From: Auanema rhodensis
Lineage: Eukaryota > Animalia > Nematoda
Reading direction: 5' to 3'
DNA length: 64,000 nucleotides
Assembly: GCA_964057225.1 (NCBI GenBank)
Contig: OZ059899.1
Span: 17,360,001 to 17,424,000, forward strand
The translations under genes were made by a program, and so were the position numbers. Within the stretch, counting starts at the first letter, position 1. Every line of letters begins with the position of its first letter. Under the pieces are notes generated by a model. The model worked only from the letters and a program-made list of their open reading frames with translations, had not been told where the DNA came from and did not search any database. This document shows, piece by piece, positions 57,447 through 64,000 of the stretch.

Positions 57447-57461
57447 TATAAAACGTTGGCA
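57447..57461 (+). promoter_or_regulatory. TATA-box motif TATAAAAcGTTGGCA
   Basis: 14/15 identical to the motif at 57781; followed by splice-signal-bounded segments. Confidence 0.5.
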
Positions 57462-57780
57462 GTCATATGTTTTGTGGTACAATATGGGTTTAAAAGTATA
57501 CTATGATTAATATATGAGCTATTAAGCAAAGTTTAAAAAGCGTAAATGTTTTACAGAGATGGCTGTTGTTTATGGCACAAACGGTAAACAATAATGTTTA
57601 AAAAGATGTAAAAACTAATTAATATGCAGATTGTTTACAGGTTCAGAGTGCGCCAACTGCTGGCAACTGTCGATGAGATGAGTATATCTGCATAAATATG
57701 CTGTAAAATCTAATTAATAAAAGAATTTCATCAGCAAACTTGATTGTAACACAATGGGTTGTACTTTACAAAAATCTTTG

Positions 57781-57795
57781 TATAAAAGGTTGGCA
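57781..57795 (+). promoter_or_regulatory. TATA-box motif TATAAAAgGTTGGCA upstream of the 166-aa spliced gene
   Basis: Canonical TATAAAA ~160 bp before ATG 57940, followed by a catttcag acceptor at ~57818. Confidence 0.55.
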
Positions 57796-57939
57796 ATTTT
57801 GCTACATTTACATTTCAGCTCTGCCAACTATCCGAGGATCCGACGTTTCACCATCTCCTGCCACTCTTTGCCAATCGCCATAGACTGCTCCTCTCTGCAA
57901 GTTTGCCTTATATTTTAGAAAGTTGGATCTTTAGCGGAA

Positions 57940-58526
57940 ATGAAGCGTGCTGTACTTGCTGATGTGACAAATGTTGTGCGCAAATCGCCTGAACCTGAAG
58001 TACCACGACCACCCACACCAGCACCAAATTTTACAAGTTTTGGTATGAACCTTAACTTGTCTTTTTTAAATCTTTAATTTAGATTCACCAATAAAGCAGA
58101 TGGAGATTCTGAGAGAGAGCACTCCACCAAGGAGTGTATTAATGAGACCAATTTGTCTCTGCAAAACTTGTAGGGAATCATTGCAGGTTATAGACGAGTA
58201 TCACTGTTTCAGCCTCTGTATAAAGTGTAGAGGAAGGAATGATGCGTTGGGTCTTTTGAAGGAATTTCGTCACTATAAGCCCGAAAAGTTCTCTATTAAT
58301 GTAAGCTTGCATATTTATTTATTTTCAATTTTATCATTTTTTTTAGATGCGCTCTTATAACACCATGACGTGCAAGCAATTGTTGAACAATATGGGCTAT
58401 ATTGTTATATATGCAGATGAGGCTACTGTAAAGACTTTTGGTTATAAGCAGAATGTATTCTACTTTAAACTAAGTCCAGAAGCACTCAACCTGAACATGT
58501 TTATCCGCTTTGATCCTTCATTTTGA
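57940..58526 (+). CDS. Three-exon accessory gene, 166 aa (exons 57940-58042, 58083-58300, 58347-58526): D-box, Pro-rich/CDK-site N-terminus, Cys/His cluster
   Basis: GT-AG introns of 40 nt (gtatga...aatttag) and 46 nt (gtaagc...tttttag) join three GC-richer segments in one frame: MKRAVLADVTNVVRKSPEPEVPRPPTPAPNFTSFDSPIKQMEILRESTPPRSVLMRPICLCKTCRESLQVIDEYHCFSLCIKCRGRNDALGLLKEFRHYKPEKFSINMRSYNTMTCKQLLNNMGYIVIYADEATVKTFGYKQNVFYFKLSPEALNLNMFIRFDPSF*. The track ORF 58100..58360 is exon 2 reading into intron 2. Confidence 0.8.
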
Positions 58527-58638
58527 CTACAACAAGCACAAATAGTACAATTGGCGTTTTATTCTTGTTTTGTTATGTGGCATTTTTATATTCTCAGCCG
58601 TAACATTTTTTTTTTCCAGCTCTTGCGAATATCTATCA

Positions 58639-58781
58639 ATGGCTCATCAATTGAGGACGAATGATCAACCAACTGGTAAGAATTTGAAAATTTGAATAGT
58701 CTACATTTTTTTTTTCCAGGTTCAATTGTTGTTTGTATTTTGCTGGTTTTTTATTGTTACATTATGCGATATATCAAATAA
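58639..58781 (+). CDS. Two-exon 32-aa predicted transmembrane micropeptide (exons 58639-58675, 58720-58781)
   Basis: Strong 44-nt intron gtaag...ttttttttttccag. Product MAHQLRTNDQPTGSIVVCILLVFYCYIMRYIK*; the stop overlaps AATAAA; an upstream acceptor ends at 58619. Confidence 0.6.
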
Positions 58782-58791
58782 ATCATTTATT
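58777..58791. terminator. Bidirectional poly(A) signal AATAAA-tca-TTTATT between convergent micropeptide and integrase genes
   Basis: AATAAA on both strands in a 15-bp palindrome, between the stop at 58781 (+) and the stop at 58822 (-). Confidence 0.65.
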
Positions 58792-58821
58792 ATAATTACA
58801 ATTGTTTATAACATTGAAAAA

Positions 58822-59889
58822 TTATACATTTAAATTTTCTGCATCTATCCATTCATTAAAGTTGTCGGGATATCCACTCCATTTTACAAATACTTGACGT
58901 TTACCGCTTCGAGTACGCTCTTTTAAAACTTTTTCTATATAGTACTTGTTACTTTTATTAGTAGCCAAGACAAGTTCAGGTTCGTAGAATATTCCCTTTA
59001 TACGTTCACCATTATAATCTACAAGTTTATACACGGTTGGGTTTCCGGTTACAACCTCATCAATTGTGAATAGCTCCATTGTATATCCAGACTCGTAGCT
59101 TTTTTCAAAAGTACGCCTATTTTTGCTTATGCGAACAGTATCACCAATTTTAAAGCGGCTTTTAACAGCTGATGCATATTCTTCAATGAATATATTTGCT
59201 TTAACATCAATGGGCCGCATTTTTATAGAGCGGTTATAAGATTTGTTTATTCCTTCAACCAAATCATCTAGGATATCAATCCATCGATGATTATTCTTGT
59301 AATAGAGATATTTCATCATGCGTGTTTTTAAAGTTCTATTTGCTCGCTCCACCATTGCAGCCTTTTGTGGTGAACTTGTAGATCCGTGCAGTATGGCAAA
59401 CTTTTTGAATAGTTTTTCACAATGACTATTATAAAACTCTGTGCCATTATCAGTAATCAACTGAATTGGTATAAAATTCTTGAATAAACTTTCAAATGCA
59501 CTAGCAACCTCTATACCACCTTTAGTTTTCAAAGGCCTAACATATAACATGCGTGTATAAACATCAATCATGGTCAACATGTAAGCATAGCCGTCGTTTA
59601 ATTTTTTATATTTTTGCATATCAACCAAATCTGCTTGCACTGTTAGAAATCGACCACATCCTCTAGTCTTTCTAGTCTGCATACGCATTCTGGTTGGTTT
59701 ATGTCGTGTAAAAGTTTCAGAATCTTGCAAAAAATCATCAACTTGTACCTTTGAAATGCCATGTTTTCGTGCTTGCGATAATAAATTCTTGGCTGATGTA
59801 TATGAAGCTGGGTGTTTTATATCGTAATAAATGCTCGCCAAAATATCATTTCCATAATCTAATGTAGAACCTTTTACGACCTTGGCCAT
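58822..59889 (-). CDS. Maverick retroviral-like (rve/DDE) integrase with C-terminal chromodomain, 355 aa from first ATG
   Basis: Catalytic motifs VQADLVDM, LITDNGTEF and AMVERANRTLK; SH3-like FKIGDTVRI; chromodomain YYIEKVLKER...VFVKWSGYPDNFNEWI. First in-frame ATG is 59889 (the track start 59940 is TTG). Confidence 0.96.
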   Translation of the reverse strand: MAKVVKGSTLDYGNDILASIYYDIKHPASYTSAKNLLSQARKHGISKVQVDDFLQDSETFTRHKPTRMRMQTRKTRGCGRFLTVQADLVDMQKYKKLNDGYAYMLTMIDVYTRMLYVRPLKTKGGIEVASAFESLFKNFIPIQLITDNGTEFYNSHCEKLFKKFAILHGSTSSPQKAAMVERANRTLKTRMMKYLYYKNNHRWIDILDDLVEGINKSYNRSIKMRPIDVKANIFIEEYASAVKSRFKIGDTVRISKNRRTFEKSYESGYTMELFTIDEVVTGNPTVYKLVDYNGERIKGIFYEPELVLATNKSNKYYIEKVLKERTRSGKRQVFVKWSGYPDNFNEWIDAENLNV

Positions 59890-60562
59890 TCTGTGAGTCT
59901 CCTTCTTGTGGTGTGTAATATGATTCGGCGGCAGTATCAAAAGTCTTTGACCTTTTACTTTTGAGTGTACGAACCGGTGATGGTGAATATCGAATAACAG
60001 CTTTACGATGACGAGGCGTTCTAGGTAATATAGTAGAGTCCAAGTCTGTAACAGCCGGTTCAGCTCTAGTTACAACGTCAACTGAATCATTGTCAGCCGA
60101 CTCTCTTCTAGTTTGTTTCTTGTTAGAACTTGGTACGCCTTTACTGGCTAAAAACTTTGACAAGACTGAAAATCCATTGGGCTCCGTTTTTGTTTTATCC
60201 AATACAAAATCTAAAATTTTTGTAATATTCGTGTTTGGTACAGCCTCTTTATTAATCACAAGTTGGTTATTCTTGTTTGTGCGCACCTCTGGAAATTTCT
60301 CCCACAAATTGTTATACTTTCTTGGCAACTTGTATTCTGGCAATAGAGGTGGATCAGCATTTTCCACTTGTACTGATATGGGCGCATCTATACTTTCTCT
60401 ATAGTTTTTGAGACGAGCAATCAAGTCTTCGTATAGTTCAACCTTTTTATAGTCGGGTATAGCTCTATTTTCTCGTAAAAGCTTGAGCTCTGCATCAAAC
60501 TTGTCTATATTAATTGTTTCCTCGTCGACAGGAATTAGTCGATATTTATGGTTGAGCTTCAT
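59846..60562 (-). CDS. Maverick protein of unknown function, 238 aa, basic S/T-P-rich C-terminus ending QNGQG...W
   Basis: Intact ATG ORF in the usual slot between ATPase and integrase, with a QxGxG motif near the C-terminus. Assignment to a named P-gene is not certain. Confidence 0.8.
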   Translation of the reverse strand: MKLNHKYRLIPVDEETINIDKFDAELKLLRENRAIPDYKKVELYEDLIARLKNYRESIDAPISVQVENADPPLLPEYKLPRKYNNLWEKFPEVRTNKNNQLVINKEAVPNTNITKILDFVLDKTKTEPNGFSVLSKFLASKGVPSSNKKQTRRESADNDSVDVVTRAEPAVTDLDSTILPRTPRHRKAVIRYSPSPVRTLKSKRSKTFDTAAESYYTPQEGDSQNGQGRKRFYIRLWK

Positions 60563-60867
60563 GATTTAAAACCAAAATAGGCAATACCACATGTAACTAT
60601 TGTTTTCAATTGTTTGTGTGAAAGCGTTGCCAATAATGATTTAGCCTTTTCCGGTGTGCGTATCAAAGCTATTTGACGTAATAATGAAGATATGGGCAAG
60701 AGGGTTTTATATTCCTTGTTAGTTAAAAGAAAATTATTATTTTTCACAATATTAAATACAATTTCAACAATAATTTCAATTTGTGCAAAAGAAAATGAGG
60801 AAACAGAACAAGGAGTTTTGGCGCAAGAAGACAAAAAGTTGAAATTTGACAAAATACGACCACTCAT
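60559..60867 (-). CDS. Small Maverick protein, 102 aa (MSxR..N..FL...QI..I.EI..NI...N..L family)
   Basis: ATG lies 12 nt after the ATPase stop and its stop overlaps the next ATG (ATGA). The pattern resembles the short ORF commonly found downstream of Polinton ATPases (recognition from memory, not searched). Confidence 0.75.
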   Translation of the reverse strand: MSGRILSNFNFLSSCAKTPCSVSSFSFAQIEIIVEIVFNIVKNNNFLLTNKEYKTLLPISSLLRQIALIRTPEKAKSLLATLSHKQLKTIVTCGIAYFGFKS

Positions 60868-60879
60868 TGAACAAGCACT

Positions 60880-61527
60880 TTAAACACTAAACACATTTCT
60901 GGCAACATAAACAATAGGGTTCTCCGCTGTTATATCAGATAGTATACGCTGCTTCTCACTTGTTAAAGGATGATTGTCAATCAGTAAATGACTATAGGGA
61001 GTAGACATTGCATCATCATACGCCTCTAGAGCATTTTTGAAACGTGGCCCAAATAATTGCTGCAGACAATTACGTATTTGTAATATATCTGAATGACTTT
61101 TCATCAGTATTATATATGTACTATTGATTCGACTGGTCCTGTCCAGTTGAAATGCCGCTTGCACAAGATTAAACACTGCCAAATTCCAGTGATGAGCCCA
61201 TACTGTAAAAATGTTGTTGAGCAATTCCTTTGCTGCTTTATTCGATGAAAAAAAGTTCATCAAATCATCCAGCACTAGTATAGTATTTACTCCCTTTTGT
61301 TCTTTTATCAAATCAGGATCAGGAGGCCCTTGAATAATTATTAAACGCTCATCATTTATTGGTACACCTGACGATGACCCACATTGACTGAACCAGAATA
61401 TTCTATCAATGGGGACGTTGAAAAACTTTTCAGTATTTTCACATATGTGCTTTATGAGGGTTGTTTTACCGCATTGGGTAGCACCTATTACAGTTGTCTG
61501 ACTGGGTAGTTTGAAGCTGAAAACCAT
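60880..61527 (-). CDS. A32/FtsK-HerA-type DNA packaging ATPase, 215 aa from ATG 61527
   Basis: Walker A GATQCGKT, Walker B ILVLDD, WAHHWN..LVQ and RTSRINSTYIILMK (Arg-finger region). Confidence 0.95.
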   Translation of the reverse strand: MVFSFKLPSQTTVIGATQCGKTTLIKHICENTEKFFNVPIDRIFWFSQCGSSSGVPINDERLIIIQGPPDPDLIKEQKGVNTILVLDDLMNFFSSNKAAKELLNNIFTVWAHHWNLAVFNLVQAAFQLDRTSRINSTYIILMKSHSDILQIRNCLQQLFGPRFKNALEAYDDAMSTPYSHLLIDNHPLTSEKQRILSDITAENPIVYVARNVFSV

Positions 61528-61606
61528 AATCAACCACTCGTAAATGTACCTAAAATGCAAATGATTTCATTTGCAATAGTGTACACGTATCAAGTGGTGG
61601 TTTGTC

Positions 61607-62464
61607 ATGGATGATTTTTACATTACTCTTCCATCATCAGTTGACTCTGAAAAAAGTAATACATCATCAGTGTTTCTTACCAGATTACCTGAAACACTAA
61701 GGCTACGCAATAATAGATATTGCATTGGGCTGACAGACATCATTTTTCCTTGTTCTATATTAAATGTTCAAAAAGATTTATCTTATACACTACGTTTTTC
61801 CAATAGAAAATTTATTCTACACTTGCCTAAAGGCAACTATGCAAATGGTGATGAAATAATACGCGGAATCAATGCTGGAAGAGAATCATTTATCGCCAAC
61901 AATACAAAGCCTCTTGGAGCTGAGGAAGAAGCACGTATAAAAAGTTTAATAGATAAAGATGAAGATGTAAAAAAATGGTATAATAATCGCCAGGCTGAGG
62001 CTAAGCTAGTGGAGGAAATGCTCGCAGACGCCACATTTCAGTTTAACAAAACATTGCAGCGCATAGAGTTTGTAACAAGCAAGCGACTATTAATGAATGC
62101 AACGCTTGGTGATGATTTTGCATATTTTCTTGGTTTTGAAAATAAAAACATCAACGATACAATAATAGCCAGGCGTCCCATTGATTTTTCAAATAACATT
62201 AATACAATGTATATATATTGTGATATTGTAGAATATTCCATTCTTGGTAATGTGAAAGCTAATTTACTTGCATGTTTGCCTGTACCACCTCCTACTGAAT
62301 TTGGTAAAATGATTGCCAAAACATTTAATCCTATTCGTTATGTACCAATCACTAGACAAACACTCGATACCATACGTATTGAAATTTTAGATGAATTTGG
62401 TCGTCCTATGCAATTTAATTATGGTTCTACAGTTGTTACATTGCATGTTAAAAATATGAAATAA
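61607..62464 (+). CDS. Minor capsid protein (penton, Polinton PX type), 285 aa
   Basis: N-terminal FYITLPS...F.TRLP..L.L...Y.IGL.DI and C-terminal MYIYCDIVEYSILG...LL...RYVP...I.IEILDEFG...F..G.T.VTLH, both characteristic of Polinton single jelly-roll pentons. Confidence 0.88.
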   Translation: MDDFYITLPSSVDSEKSNTSSVFLTRLPETLRLRNNRYCIGLTDIIFPCSILNVQKDLSYTLRFSNRKFILHLPKGNYANGDEIIRGINAGRESFIANNTKPLGAEEEARIKSLIDKDEDVKKWYNNRQAEAKLVEEMLADATFQFNKTLQRIEFVTSKRLLMNATLGDDFAYFLGFENKNINDTIIARRPIDFSNNINTMYIYCDIVEYSILGNVKANLLACLPVPPPTEFGKMIAKTFNPIRYVPITRQTLDTIRIEILDEFGRPMQFNYGSTVVTLHVKNMK

Positions 62465-62474
62465 ACGTTTTATT
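62460..62474. terminator. Bidirectional poly(A) signal AATAAA-cgt-TTTATT between convergent penton and zinc-finger genes
   Basis: Both stop codons overlap an AATAAA in a 15-bp palindrome. Confidence 0.65.
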
Positions 62475-62935
62475 CAACAGTTATACAATACCACATTTTT
62501 TATTTTCGAAGGTTTAAAAGATAGTTTAGGGCAGTTTTGTTTGTCGCTCGGCTCGTGTTGTGAATGTTCTCCGTCACTATTGCTGCGGCATCTTTTTGAT
62601 TGGGTTGAATGTACAAACTCCTCAGCTTTTTCAAAGGGTTTGCTGGTATCATTTCCATCACCATCTTCACCATTCGTTCCATTATTATTATGAATACGCC
62701 GAATATGACGCTCACAATTGAATCTTGTTCCAAAAGTTTCACTACAATGAGGGCACAAACGTCTACGAACACCATCCAAATGTCCATATTTTTGAATAAA
62801 GTCAGCATTGCTGATATAATTGTTACATATGGGTTGAATCCCTGCATGTCTTTTCAAAACGTGATCACTAAAATGCTTGGTTGAAGAAAATATTTCCTTG
62901 CATGTACCACAATATTTGTTACATAAAAGTTCCAT
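62474..62935 (-). CDS. C2H2 zinc-finger protein with two fingers, 153 aa from ATG 62935
   Basis: CGTCKEIFSSTKHFSDHVLKRH and CPHCSETFGTRFNCERHIRRIH; TATATAAAAG on the minus strand at 62974-62983. Confidence 0.85.
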   Translation of the reverse strand: MELLCNKYCGTCKEIFSSTKHFSDHVLKRHAGIQPICNNYISNADFIQKYGHLDGVRRRLCPHCSETFGTRFNCERHIRRIHNNNGTNGEDGDGNDTSKPFEKAEEFVHSTQSKRCRSNSDGEHSQHEPSDKQNCPKLSFKPSKIKNVVLYNC

Positions 62936-63188
62936 TAGAGGAAAATGAAAAACGACCACACGCAATCAACCCACTTTTATATAATGAGCAATAATATGAC
63001 TAGTGTTGTACAAAAGCCCAATCCCAATGCTATACCTTTAATAAATGGCACTGAAATACATTTCAACATTCTCCTGTATAAAGGCGCTGGTTTAGATTGC
63101 TCCAACGTGTATTTGACACATAATTCACAGTGACAAGGAATATTCATAACTGACCACGTAATGTAGCAGGTTATTAATGACAAATTTC

Positions 63189-63644
63189 TTATATAGTAGC
63201 CAATTTATAGTCGAATACTTTATGCATAAACGCTTTAATAAAGACATCATCATTTTTCAATAGTTTAAAAAATGAACAAATGCTTTCAAATGAATTACCA
63301 GCCGACAACATTAGTATTACAAATACCACATAGCCACCACAAGTGTATTCAATTAAACGTTGTGGTTTGCAAGTATTAATTTTTACCTTTTTATATTTGG
63401 CCAGATAATTTTGAATGTACTTGTTCATTTTATATCCCAAGCTACAGAAAAAATAGGCTTGCTTGTTACGGACAAAGATGACCTGCCAATGTGTGCCTGG
63501 CTTATCATGTGTGTCAGTATTTACGACAAGTGCAAAGTTTTTACGACGCGTTTTGGGTAGAGTATCAGCGCTATATACACCGAGGAATAGTTTCCTAGTG
63601 CTGGGTACAGATTGCAATAGTGATACTATTTCAGACGAATACAT
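63189..63644 (-). CDS. Adenain-like (clan CE) cysteine maturation protease, 151 aa from ATG 63644
   Basis: FLGVYSAD.LP, VVNTD...PGTHW (catalytic His), Q...TCGGY (oxyanion Gln, catalytic Cys) and a C-terminal ND motif. Confidence 0.93.
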   Translation of the reverse strand: MYSSEIVSLLQSVPSTRKLFLGVYSADTLPKTRRKNFALVVNTDTHDKPGTHWQVIFVRNKQAYFFCSLGYKMNKYIQNYLAKYKKVKINTCKPQRLIEYTCGGYVVFVILMLSAGNSFESICSFFKLLKNDDVFIKAFMHKVFDYKLATI

Positions 63645-63695
63645 TTTAGTAGAATGATCTAGTGTAACTTTTGTATTGCGCGCGTGCGGTTCGAT

Positions 63696-64000
63696 ATGCC
63701 GCACCTCCTTTTGGATGTCAACTCTATTCAATGGACAACACTTTTAAATCAACAAATGGGTGGCGCCCCATTTAGCGGAATGATGTTTCAACGTGGAATG
63801 CAGAGGGGTCATGGTTTGGGTGGTATTTTGGCAACTTTGGCATCATTTCTACCACGCATCATTCAATCACCTATAGCCCAAAATCTCATCAATGCCGGAA
63901 GAAACGCCTTATCCAGTGCTGTAAGCAATAGTCCAGTTGTAAATTCACCTCTTGGCGGACAGTTGCTGAAAACTGGTAATGAAATTGTCGATGGGGTGCT
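63696..64000 (+). CDS. Maverick core/virion precursor protein with QxGG/QRGxG motifs and amphipathic helix; truncated by window end, absent from ORF track
   Basis: Open frame from ATG 63696: MPHLLLDVNSIQWTTLLNQQMGGAPFSGMMFQRGMQRGHGLGGILATLASFLPRIIQSPIAQNLINAGRNALSSAVSNSPVVNSPLGGQLLKTGNEIVDGV...; divergent from the protease gene. Confidence 0.85.
   Translation, partial: MPHLLLDVNSIQWTTLLNQQMGGAPFSGMMFQRGMQRGHGLGGILATLASFLPRIIQSPIAQNLINAGRNALSSAVSNSPVVNSPLGGQLLKTGNEIVDGV

Larger units (their letters stand above)
56378..64000. mobile_element. Maverick/Polinton (polintovirus-like) element, left part; continues beyond window
   Basis: Abrupt end of satellite followed by an AGTAGAGAG terminus typical of Polintons. 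Downstream is a co-located set of retroviral-type integrase, A32-like ATPase, penton-like minor capsid and adenain-like protease, all with uninterrupted ORFs. Confidence 0.95.

Noticed and set aside
58100-58360. 86-aa ORF with hydrophobic tail as a complete membrane protein
   Set aside because: The hydrophobic tail is translated intron 2 (gtaag...ttttag); the ORF is better explained as exon 2 of the 166-aa gene.
58822-59940. LTR retrotransposon or Ginger element as source of the integrase
   Set aside because: No RT, RNase H, gag or LTR is present, and the neighbours are ATPase, penton and adenain, which is diagnostic of Mavericks.
60090-63657. Shadow ORFs 60090+, 60692+, 61837-, 62038-, 62500-, 62609+, 62945+, 62977-, 63360+, 63463+
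   Set aside because: They are antisense or alternative-frame overlaps of well-supported genes, or short intergenic frames without motifs.

Overview
AT-rich eukaryotic DNA, probably from a nematode or similar invertebrate (inferred from 40-57 nt introns and poly-T (C)CAG acceptors). Bases 1-56376 are satellite DNA in four blocks with mirror polarity: a 351-bp satellite (1-~38685, ~110 copies, with higher-order duplications), a 182-bp satellite (~38686-49399, ~59 copies), then after a ~29-bp spacer the same 182-bp satellite inverted (~49429-50207) and the 351-bp satellite inverted (~50211-56376). At 56378 the satellite is cut by the left end (5'-AGTAGAGAG) of a Maverick/Polinton virus-like transposon that runs off the window. 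Visible core genes are a DDE integrase with chromodomain, two conserved small ORFs, a packaging ATPase, the minor capsid (penton), an adenain-type protease and the start of a QxGxG core protein; a C2H2 zinc-finger gene is also present. Between the terminal repeat and the integrase lies an intron-containing accessory cluster that the ORF track misses. It encodes a 166-aa protein with an APC/C D-box, CDK sites, a Cys/His cluster and an ABBA-like motif, and a 32-aa single-pass membrane micropeptide. The ~130 short ORFs in the satellite are artefacts of repetition. The polymerase, major capsid and right TIR are not in the window.
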